Position numbers and translations under genes: made by a program. From assembly GCA_028289445.1 (NCBI GenBank), contig JANQPO010000017.1, positions 287,537-351,536 on the forward strand: a stretch of DNA of 64,000 nt, in the 5' to 3' direction. The notes under the pieces are model-generated. The model was not told where the DNA came from. It did not search any database and saw only the letters and a program-made list of their open reading frames with translations. Shown in pieces: positions 45,681 through 53,676 of the stretch; position 1 is the first letter of the stretch, and every line of letters starts with the position of its first letter. The stretch is from Tepidamorphaceae bacterium. GTDB taxonomy: Bacteria > Pseudomonadota > Alphaproteobacteria > Rhizobiales > JAKSCL01.

Positions 45681-46162
45681 TGGCCCGGATCTTCCGTTTT
45701 GGAGACAACGTGGACACCGATCAACTGGCACCGGGCCAGTACATGCGCGCCGGAATCGAAACCATTGCGGCGCATTGTCTTGAATCCGTCAGGCCTGATT
45801 TTGCCTCCAGCGTGCGGCAGGGCGATATCGTGGTCGCCGGGCGCAATTTCGGGGCTGGGTCTTCGCGCGAACAGGCCGCCGAGGCTTTGAAACATTTGGG
45901 TGTCGCGGCCGTCATCGCAGAGTCTTTCGCCGGCATATTCTATCGCAATGCCATCAATTTGGGTCTTCCCGCCATTGTGGGATCGAAGATCGAAGCGGTT
46001 GAAGACGGTGCCGAGTGCGAGCTGGATCTCGAAACCTCCGCCCTGACTGTCGAGGATGAAGAAATCGCGCTGGAACCAATCCCCGACAATCTCAAGGTCT
46101 TGCTTAAGGACGGTGGGCTCGTTCCGCACCTGAAGAAACGGTTCGCGGAGGCGCAATCATGA
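45680..46162 (+). CDS. aconitase-family dehydratase small subunit (LeuD/HacB/DmdB-like)
   Basis: ATG 45680 shares its A with the large-subunit TGA. MARIFRFGDNVDTDQLAPG... and GRNFGAGSSREQAA motifs; 160 aa. The ORF-track start at 45296 lies inside leuC-like. Confidence 0.85.
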   Translation: MARIFRFGDNVDTDQLAPGQYMRAGIETIAAHCLESVRPDFASSVRQGDIVVAGRNFGAGSSREQAAEALKHLGVAAVIAESFAGIFYRNAINLGLPAIVGSKIEAVEDGAECELDLETSALTVEDEEIALEPIPDNLKVLLKDGGLVPHLKKRFAEAQS

Positions 46163-47022
46163 GCCTCAGGACATTGCTTGCCGCCCCAGAAATACTCATT
46201 GCTCCCGGTGTGTTCGACGGGCTGACCGGGCTAGTCGCAGAGCAATCAGGCGCCAAAGTTGTCTATCTGTCCGGCGCTGCAATTGCATATACACGTTTTG
46301 GTCGACCAGACATCGGCCTCGTGTCGATGAGCGAGGTTGCCGACACGATTGCCGTGATACGCGACCGAATCGATCTGCCGATCATCGTGGATGCGGATAA
46401 CGGATTTGGGAACGCGCTAAACGTTCAACGAACCACGCGCGTCTTCGAACGTATGGGGGCAAACGCTGTGCAGTTGGAGGATCAGACCCTCCCCAAGCGC
46501 TGCGGCCACCTCGACGGAAAGACCCTGATCTCCAAAGAGGAAATGTCGGGCAAGATTCGCGCCGCATGCGATGCCCGTTCGGAAACGGAAACGCTTGTAA
46601 TCGCCCGTACCGATGGCATTGCTGTCGAAGGCTTCGACGCCGCTCTTGACCGGGCCGAAGCCTACGTATCGGCCGGCGCCGATCTGCTTTTTGTCGAGGC
46701 GCCGCAATCGCGCGAGCAGATGGAGACGATCACCGCGCGTTTCGGGTCTCGCGTACCGCTCGTTGCCAACATGGTTGAGGGTGGCAAGACGCCGGTGACT
46801 GACGCGAGCGATCTGGAGAGCCTGGGTTTCGACCTGGTGATCTTTCCAGGTGGCGTGGTCCGGGCCCTGGCGGCCAGTGCACGTGACTATTATCGAAATC
46901 TGTTGGCCAACGGCACTAACGCTGCATTCGGGAACCGGATGTTCGATTTCGCCGGTCTCAATGCGCTGGTTGGGACCGAAGAAATGCTGGAAGTCGGCCA
47001 GAGTTACGAGGACGAAGGCTGA
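46159..47022 (+). CDS. isocitrate lyase/PEP mutase-family C-C lyase (PrpB/2,3-dimethylmalate lyase-like)
   Basis: 287 aa. Signature KRCGH and the metal-binding DADNGFG region. ATGA overlap upstream. Confidence 0.82.
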   Translation: MSLRTLLAAPEILIAPGVFDGLTGLVAEQSGAKVVYLSGAAIAYTRFGRPDIGLVSMSEVADTIAVIRDRIDLPIIVDADNGFGNALNVQRTTRVFERMGANAVQLEDQTLPKRCGHLDGKTLISKEEMSGKIRAACDARSETETLVIARTDGIAVEGFDAALDRAEAYVSAGADLLFVEAPQSREQMETITARFGSRVPLVANMVEGGKTPVTDASDLESLGFDLVIFPGGVVRALAASARDYYRNLLANGTNAAFGNRMFDFAGLNALVGTEEMLEVGQSYEDEG

Positions 47023-48677
47023 TGGCGGAGGTCGATGCCGTCACCACGGCGATCCTCAAAGGCCGATTCGAACAGATCGCGGATGAGATGGACGCGACGT
47101 TGTTCCGCAGCGCGTTCAACCCGATCATCGCCGAGGCACACGACGCGAGCCACGGCATTTACGATGCAACCACAGGTGACACGCTGATTCAGGGAAAGTC
47201 GGGCCTGCCGATCTTCGTTGGCGTCATGGCTTTCGCCGTAAAGGCTGTGATCGAGAAGGCGGCCGGTGGAGACGGATTGCATGCCGGTGACGTCTGGATC
47301 TTCAATGATCCCTACGACGGCGGAACCCATCTTTCGGATTTCCGCCTGGTCAAGCCGATCTTTCACGACAATGAACTCTTTTGTTTCATCGCATCGGTTG
47401 GGCATTGGCATGACGTCGGCGGCAATGTTCCCGGCAACTACAACCCCGCCGCGACGGAAGCCTTCCAGGAGGGAATGCTCATCCCGCCGGTCAAGCTCTA
47501 TGACCGCGGCGAGTTCCGGCAAGATATCGTCGATATCCTTTCCGCCAACAGCCGTTTGCCGATGTCGCTCTATGGCGATCTGAATGGCCAGATCAATGCG
47601 CTCGAGTTGGGCGAACGTCGGATAGGCCAATTGCTCGAAGAATATGGTGTCGATACGGCCACATCGGTCCTCTCGGCATTGAAGGAGCGTGCTGCGAAGA
47701 TGATGCGTGCGCAGATCGCCGCGCTGCCGTCGGGAACCGTCTCCGCACAAGACTGGCTCGACAATGACGGGATCACCGATGAACCGCTGAAGATCGCGCT
47801 GGACCTGACCATCGACGGCGACCGTATGGTGATGGATTTCACCCGGTCGTCTCCGGCCTGCCAGGGCCCCGTGAACATCTCGCGCTCGACGACCGTCGCG
47901 GCGTGCTACGTCGCGTTGAAACACATTTTTGGCGATGTGCCCGCCAACGCGGGTGTCCTTGAGCCGGTCGAGTTCAAGATCGATCCGGCTTCGATCCTTT
48001 CGGTCAAGGCTCCCAAACCCGTGGGCGGCTATACCGAGACCATTCTGCGTTTGATCGATGTGGTCTTCGAAGCCGTCGCACAACTCGCCCCCGAACAGGC
48101 GATGGCTTGCGCCTATGGCACGATCAATGCCCTTTCACTTGCTGGGCATCGCGCCGATGGGCGCCGCTGGGTCATGTTCTCGTTCTTCGGCGGCGGACAC
48201 GGGGCACATGGCGCGGGCGACGGCCTGAACCATGGCAACGCCCCCATCTCCACCGCGACCATTCCACCGCTCGAAATCCTCGAAGCCGCCTATCCGGTCT
48301 GCTTCACCCAATGGGCGTTACGGCCCGACAGCGGTGGTGCGGGCAAGTATCGTGGTGGCCTTGGCGCGATTTACGAGATCGAACTGCTGGAAGAGGCGGC
48401 GGATGTCTTCCTCTTCGGCGAACGCGGGAAGCATCCGCCCCAAGGCGTTGTCGGCGGCGCGCCCGGTGCGCTCAATCGGTTTGCCTACGAGCAAGACGAC
48501 GGGGAACACTCGCCGCCAATGGTTTCCAAGATGGTGGGCATCCATATCACACGCGGCCAGCGGGTCCGTTTGGAAACGCCTGGCGGCGGTGGCTATGGCG
48601 ATCCCGCTGCGCGCGATGCGTCAGCGATCGCTCGGGACCGGGCGCTTGGATATGTCACGGAGCGCCAGACATCGTGA
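47022..48677 (+). CDS. hydantoinase B/oxoprolinase family protein (HyuB-type), set 2
   Basis: 551 aa. N-terminus MAEVDAVTTAILKGRFEQIADEMDATLFRSAFNPIIAEAHD. TGATG junction with the lyase gene. Confidence 0.88.
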   Translation: MAEVDAVTTAILKGRFEQIADEMDATLFRSAFNPIIAEAHDASHGIYDATTGDTLIQGKSGLPIFVGVMAFAVKAVIEKAAGGDGLHAGDVWIFNDPYDGGTHLSDFRLVKPIFHDNELFCFIASVGHWHDVGGNVPGNYNPAATEAFQEGMLIPPVKLYDRGEFRQDIVDILSANSRLPMSLYGDLNGQINALELGERRIGQLLEEYGVDTATSVLSALKERAAKMMRAQIAALPSGTVSAQDWLDNDGITDEPLKIALDLTIDGDRMVMDFTRSSPACQGPVNISRSTTVAACYVALKHIFGDVPANAGVLEPVEFKIDPASILSVKAPKPVGGYTETILRLIDVVFEAVAQLAPEQAMACAYGTINALSLAGHRADGRRWVMFSFFGGGHGAHGAGDGLNHGNAPISTATIPPLEILEAAYPVCFTQWALRPDSGGAGKYRGGLGAIYEIELLEEAADVFLFGERGKHPPQGVVGGAPGALNRFAYEQDDGEHSPPMVSKMVGIHITRGQRVRLETPGGGGYGDPAARDASAIARDRALGYVTERQTS

Positions 48678-50725
48678 GCGCAGTCTACGTGATTGGCGTC
48701 GATGTCGGCGGAACCTTCACCGACGTCTTTCTGCTCGACGAGGTCTCGGGTCAGGTTTTGGTCAACAAGGTGCCCTCGACGCGCGGCGATCAGTCGAAGG
48801 GCTTCGTTGAAGGGATCAGTCAAAAGATCGCGGACTTCAGCGACATCCAGACCGTTATTCACGGCACGACAGTAGGGACCAACGCGCTTCTCGAACGCAA
48901 GGGCGCGGACACGGGCGTCATTACCACGCAAGGGTTTCGCGACGTGCTGGAGATGCGTCGCCGGGATCGCCCCACGACCTGGGGACTGCGCGGCGCGTTC
49001 ACACCGGTCGTGCCGCGCAATCATCGGCTTGAAGTTCGTGAACGTGTGCTTGCTGACGGAACCCTTCGCCAAGCCGTCGATCCGGACGAGGTGGCCCGGA
49101 AAGCGCAGGAGCTGAGTGCGGCAGGCTGCGAGGCCGTCTGCGTCTTCTTCATCAACGGCTATGCCAATGATGCGAACGAGCGGCAAGCGGTTGAGGCGGT
49201 GCGAAGCGTCTGGCCGAACGCCTATGTCACCGCGGCAACGGAGATCCTGCCCGAGATCCGCGAGTTCGAACGGTTGTCCACCGCGGCGCTGAACGCCTAT
49301 CTGCAACCCGTCGTCTCGTCCTATCTCGACCGGTTGGAAGACGGGTTGAAGCAACGCGATTTCGACGGCGACGTTCTCATCGTCCAATCGAATGGCGGCG
49401 TGATGTCGATCGACACGGCCAAGCACTATCCGGTCAGGACCGCGCTGTCGGGACCGGCCGCCGGCGTGATTGCTGCGCGCGCCATCGCCGCTGCCGCCGG
49501 GCTTCAGAATATCATTACCTGCGACATGGGCGGTACGTCATTCGACGTCTCGCTGGTTTTGGATGGCGAAGCGGCGCTGGCCGCTCAGACCGCTATCGAT
49601 TTCGGCATGGTCATCCGCACGCCGATGATTGAGATCACTACGATCGGTGCGGGCGGCGGGTCCATCGCGCGGGTCGACCAGAGCGGATTGTTGCAAGTGG
49701 GACCGGAGTCTGCTGGATCGGATCCGGGGCCTGTCTGCTATGGCCTTGGGAACACGCGCCCGACCGTAACGGATGCCAATCTAGTGCTTGGCCGGATCAA
49801 TCCCGATCGCCCCATCGGCGGCAAGCTGGAGGCGCTGGATATCGCGGCGGCGCGCGATGCCATCGACGTTGCCGTGGGCAGACCGCTCGGCCTCTCGACC
49901 GAGGATGCGGCCGAGGCCGTTTTGAAGATCGCCAATGCCAAGATGGCGGGTGCGATCAGACTTGTTTCCATCGAACGCGGGCACGATCCCGGCAAGTTCT
50001 CAGCCATGCCCTTCGGCGGTGGCGGGGCGCTACACACCGGCGCGTTGATCAAGGAGGTTGGTTTGCGCTCGGCTTTGGTGCCGCGTTACCCCGGCGTCAC
50101 ATCGGCCTTGGGTTGCGTGGTCGCCGACATGCGCCACGATCGCGTGCAGACCGTCAATCGCCTGCTCAATGAAATCGACGCTAAAGCTCTCTCCGATGAG
50201 ATCGATGCGACGGCGAGCGGGGCGGCAGACTTGATTAGGGTCTCCGGTGTTAACTTTTCCGCCATCGATATCGAGGTTGAACTGGACATGCTTTATGTCG
50301 GCCAAACCCATACCGTCAGCGTGCCGGTTGAGGCCGGGAACATCGACAAGGAGAGCATCGCGGCGGCGTTCGACGCGGCCTATCGCACATCCTATGGCCG
50401 TTTGCTTGAGGACATTCCGCGCCGGGTCATGAACCACCGCGTCGCGGTAATCGGCCGGCGTCCCGCGCTTGATATGAAGCTTCTCGTCGGCGAAGGCGGG
50501 AAGCCGGCCGAACAATGTCGAATCGGTTCCCGTCGTCTCTATGCCGATGGTGCCTGGCACGATGCGCCGGTCTACGAGCGACTATCGATCGCGCCAGGAT
50601 CCCGAATTGTTGGACCCGCTCTTCTCGAACAGTCCGATACGACGATCTTCGTCGATCCGGGCCTTGAGAGCGAAGTGGATGATTATGGCAACCTGATCAT
50701 TCGTACAGGGAAGCGGGAGGAATGA
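48674..50725 (+). CDS. hydantoinase/oxoprolinase family protein (HyuA-type), set 2
   Basis: GTG 48674 overlaps the hyuB stop (GTGA). VSAVYVIGVDVGGTFTD and CDMGGTSFD motifs; 683 aa. The ORF-track start at 48107 lies inside hyuB. Confidence 0.88.
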   Translation: MSAVYVIGVDVGGTFTDVFLLDEVSGQVLVNKVPSTRGDQSKGFVEGISQKIADFSDIQTVIHGTTVGTNALLERKGADTGVITTQGFRDVLEMRRRDRPTTWGLRGAFTPVVPRNHRLEVRERVLADGTLRQAVDPDEVARKAQELSAAGCEAVCVFFINGYANDANERQAVEAVRSVWPNAYVTAATEILPEIREFERLSTAALNAYLQPVVSSYLDRLEDGLKQRDFDGDVLIVQSNGGVMSIDTAKHYPVRTALSGPAAGVIAARAIAAAAGLQNIITCDMGGTSFDVSLVLDGEAALAAQTAIDFGMVIRTPMIEITTIGAGGGSIARVDQSGLLQVGPESAGSDPGPVCYGLGNTRPTVTDANLVLGRINPDRPIGGKLEALDIAAARDAIDVAVGRPLGLSTEDAAEAVLKIANAKMAGAIRLVSIERGHDPGKFSAMPFGGGGALHTGALIKEVGLRSALVPRYPGVTSALGCVVADMRHDRVQTVNRLLNEIDAKALSDEIDATASGAADLIRVSGVNFSAIDIEVELDMLYVGQTHTVSVPVEAGNIDKESIAAAFDAAYRTSYGRLLEDIPRRVMNHRVAVIGRRPALDMKLLVGEGGKPAEQCRIGSRRLYADGAWHDAPVYERLSIAPGSRIVGPALLEQSDTTIFVDPGLESEVDDYGNLIIRTGKREE

Positions 50726-51360
50726 GCTGGGTCGGAGTCATGCCTGAGAAGACGGCACTCCTGATTGTCGATCTGCAAAACGACTTCCTTCACAAGGACG
50801 GTGCCTATGCGCGCGGCGGTCAGTCGAATGCGGATATCGCGGCTCTTCCCGACAGGGTGCTGCCGGTCGCGAACGCGATCCGCGAGCACGGCGGTTGGGT
50901 GGTCTCGACTCAATTCACGCTGGTGCCGGGCAAAGGCGGCGAACCCTTTATTTCACCGCACCTCAAGGCACTCAGGCCGTTTTTGGGGAAGGGGGACTTC
51001 GCCCCCGGAAGCTGGGGACACAGCCTTGTCGAGACGCTACAGCCCGCCGATTTGTGCATCGAGAAAGTCGCCTATTCTGCCTTCTTCATGACCCGGATGG
51101 AATGGGTGCTGCGTAAAGCCGGTATCGAGTCGCTTTATGTTTGCGGGATCGTCACCAATGGTGGCGTTGCCTCTACCGTGCGCGATGCTCATGTTCGCGA
51201 TTTCCATGTCACGGTGTTGAGCGACGGGTGCGCCGCATTCTCGCGCGCGGCACACGAAAACAGCCTTTCGGATCTCTCGACCATCTGCCGCATCGCGACC
51301 TGTGCCGAAGCGGAGGTTGAGTTGAGCCGAGTGGTCGCGCGGCCACACGATCAAGCGTGA
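50722..51360 (+). CDS. isochorismatase-fold protein lacking the nucleophilic cysteine
   Basis: ALLIVDLQNDF (catalytic Asp region) and IEKVAYSAFF (Lys region). The Cys-loop position reads GIVTNGGVASTVRDA. ATGA overlap with hyuA. Confidence 0.8.
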   Translation: MSWVGVMPEKTALLIVDLQNDFLHKDGAYARGGQSNADIAALPDRVLPVANAIREHGGWVVSTQFTLVPGKGGEPFISPHLKALRPFLGKGDFAPGSWGHSLVETLQPADLCIEKVAYSAFFMTRMEWVLRKAGIESLYVCGIVTNGGVASTVRDAHVRDFHVTVLSDGCAAFSRAAHENSLSDLSTICRIATCAEAEVELSRVVARPHDQA

Positions 51361-51373
51361 GTGAGGGAATACG

Positions 51374-52084
51374 TTGGAACAGATCGAGCAACTTCGCAGC
51401 GAGCTTCTGACCGGCTTTCACATTCTCGATGAAGAAGGGCAGAACAGCGGTATCGCGGGTCATCTGACGGCACGGCTTTCGAACGCCGAGCGTCTTCTGG
51501 GACATCGCTATGGTCTGGCCTTCGATGAGGTGCGGGCCGGCGACATCCTGGAAGCTGACTTCGAATTGCAAACCGGTTCGGATGATCGGGTCAGTCCGTC
51601 GCTGGCTTTTCACGTCTCGATCTACCGTGCCCGAAACGATGTCGGCGCGATCGTTCACACCCACGGGCGTCACGCGCTTGCGCTCGGCGCGGCGGGTGCC
51701 GAATTTCGCCCCGTCTATCAAAGCGCCCTCATGCTCTGGGATCGCGTCCGTGCCTACAACCGGTATGACGGCATCGTCGAGAGCGCGGACGTCGGTGCGC
51801 GCATGGCCGAAGCGCTCGGTGACGGACGAGTCTTGGCGCTGCGCAACCATGGCATTGTCGCCGTCGGTGCCACTGTGCGTGAAGCCGTATGCGCCGCTGT
51901 CATCTATGAGGAGAACTGCGCGATCCAGCTCATGGCACTGGCGGCGGGCGATCTGATCTCGTTGGACGGGCCGGAGGTGGAACAGGCCCGCGATTTCCTA
52001 GGCGGTCACAAGGTGATCAGCATGCGGTGGCAGCAGCTGGCGCGTAAGGCCGGACGGTCCCGGCCGTTTCTTTCGGACGGCTGA
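51374..52084 (+). CDS. class II aldolase/adducin N-terminal domain family protein
   Basis: TTG start; 236 aa. Metal-site region ...SLAFHVSIYRARNDVGAIVHTHG... Confidence 0.8.
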   Translation: MEQIEQLRSELLTGFHILDEEGQNSGIAGHLTARLSNAERLLGHRYGLAFDEVRAGDILEADFELQTGSDDRVSPSLAFHVSIYRARNDVGAIVHTHGRHALALGAAGAEFRPVYQSALMLWDRVRAYNRYDGIVESADVGARMAEALGDGRVLALRNHGIVAVGATVREAVCAAVIYEENCAIQLMALAAGDLISLDGPEVEQARDFLGGHKVISMRWQQLARKAGRSRPFLSDG

Positions 52085-52097
52085 AGGGAGGCGGGCG

Positions 52098-52280
52098 ATG
52101 ACCGAACAGGAGTTCCTGACGCTGATGCGCCAGATCGGTTTGGATACCCAAGACCACGACATTGAAGAGTTGCACGCGGCGTATCTGCGCCTCGTGTCGC
52201 TGTTCGATCGCCTGGACACCAAAAGCCCGAGGGCCGAGGCCAAGGCCCTGCCGGTCTTCGATCCAAGGAGCGTGCTTTGA
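52098..52280 (+). CDS. small AtzG-like/GatC-like (DUF4089-type) protein, probable amidase partner
   Basis: 60 aa. It ends 1 nt before the amidase ATG. The C-terminal ..ALPVFDP.. resembles the ..PAPVFrP.. ending I recall for DUF4089/AtzG-like proteins. Confidence 0.55.
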   Translation: MTEQEFLTLMRQIGLDTQDHDIEELHAAYLRLVSLFDRLDTKSPRAEAKALPVFDPRSVL

Positions 52281-52281
52281 G

Positions 52282-53676
52282 ATGACCGAGTTGACCGGCT
52301 ACTCGCTCTCCCGAATGTCGTCGCTTTTGGCGGCGGGCGAGATCAGTTCGGTCGAGTTGACGCAGGCCCACATCGATAGAATCGAAAGCCTCAATGAGAC
52401 CTATAACGCTTTCGTTCACCCCACGTTTGAGCTTGCGCTTGAGATGGCCCGCGCGGCGGACGCCGAGATGGCCCTGGGACGACGACGGGGACCGTTGCAT
52501 GGCATTCCCGTAGCGCTCAAGGATGCCTTTGACACCAAAGGTATTGCGACAACGGTCTGCTCGCGGCTCTATTCCGACCGCGTTCCCGAGCGGGACGCCG
52601 AAGCCTGGTGGCGATTGCAGGCGGCGGGGGCAGTGCTGCTGGGCAAGCTTGAATGCACCGAGCTTTGCCTCGGCGGTCCGTCGGAGGACGGGTTGGTGCC
52701 GCATGCGACCAATCCCTGGGACACGGAACGTTATGCCGGAGGGTCGTCCTCCGGCGCCGGTGTGGCGCTTGCGACCCGCATGATCCCAGGGGCACTCGGC
52801 TCGGACACGGGCGGTTCGATCCGGATACCGGCAACGTTCTGCGGTGTTGCCGGGATCAAGCCAACCTATGGACTGGTCAGCCTGCGTGGCCTGTTTCCGC
52901 TGTCCGGTTCGCTTGACCATGCCGGGCCAATGGCGCGGACAAGCCGGGACTGCGCGATGCTACTGGATGCGATTGCGGGCCACGATCCTGGCGACCCGGT
53001 AAGCGTGACAGCGAGCGTGCCGACGTCGGCTGAGTCGCTTGTCGACGATCTACAAGGTATCCGCGTTGGATATGTGCGGGCCTTCGCGGAAGACGCGGCG
53101 GTCAGCACCGAGGCCCGCCAAGCGACCGAGGCGGCGCTACAGGTTATGCAGTCTCTTGGCGCCGAGATCCGGGAGGTCGCGCTGCCCGACATCTGGGACT
53201 TCACGGTCTGCAACTCGACCATCATGATGTCGGAGGCCTTCGCCATCCATGGCGCTGATTTTAGGACCCGTGCAGGCGAAGTCTCGGCGTTGACGCGCGC
53301 GCGGATCACACTCGGCGCCTTCATCCGCGCTGAGGACTATGTCCGCGCGCAGGCGAAACGGCGCGAACTGGCCCGCGCGACGGCTGAAGTCATGTCCAAT
53401 ATCGATGTTCTGGTTTATCCGGCCGCGCTTGGCGACCCGCCACGCGTCGATGAGATCAAGCCCTTTTACTTCCTTGAAACGCCGCTCATCACCGCACCGG
53501 CGAATGTCGCGGGCGTGCCTGCCGCGTCGGTGCGTGCCGGTATATCCGGCGCTGGAATGCCGATGGGTATCCAAATCACGGGACGACTGTTTGCGGATGC
53601 GCAGGTTCTGCGTGTGGCCCACGCCTACGAGACCGCGACGCCGGCGTTCGACCGCGCTCCTGGGTGCATCTCATGA
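52282..53676 (+). CDS. amidase-signature (AS) family amidase, AtzE/GatA-like
   Basis: ATG 52282 (MTELTGYSL...). ALKD lysine, GGSSSGAG and GSDTGGSIRIPA motifs; 464 aa. The ORF-track start at 52162 overlaps the small ORF. Confidence 0.88.
   Translation: MTELTGYSLSRMSSLLAAGEISSVELTQAHIDRIESLNETYNAFVHPTFELALEMARAADAEMALGRRRGPLHGIPVALKDAFDTKGIATTVCSRLYSDRVPERDAEAWWRLQAAGAVLLGKLECTELCLGGPSEDGLVPHATNPWDTERYAGGSSSGAGVALATRMIPGALGSDTGGSIRIPATFCGVAGIKPTYGLVSLRGLFPLSGSLDHAGPMARTSRDCAMLLDAIAGHDPGDPVSVTASVPTSAESLVDDLQGIRVGYVRAFAEDAAVSTEARQATEAALQVMQSLGAEIREVALPDIWDFTVCNSTIMMSEAFAIHGADFRTRAGEVSALTRARITLGAFIRAEDYVRAQAKRRELARATAEVMSNIDVLVYPAALGDPPRVDEIKPFYFLETPLITAPANVAGVPAASVRAGISGAGMPMGIQITGRLFADAQVLRVAHAYETATPAFDRAPGCIS

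Noticed and set aside
47022-51360. Reading HyuBA plus the isochorismatase-fold gene as the creatinine pathway (N-methylhydantoinase plus N-carbamoylsarcosine amidase).
   Set aside because: The isochorismatase-fold protein appears to lack the nucleophilic Cys required by CSHase-type amidases. No creatinine deaminase or sarcosine oxidase is in the operon. The LeuCD/lyase genes do not fit that pathway.
36927-53676. Reading the AtzG/AtzE-like pair plus the NTF2-like protein (36927-37325) as a cyanuric-acid or biuret pathway (AtzD-EG-H-F).
   Set aside because: No cyanuric acid hydrolase (AtzD/TrzD) or allophanate hydrolase is recognisable. The NTF2-like gene is 15 kb away, on the other strand, in an unrelated operon with an SDR.
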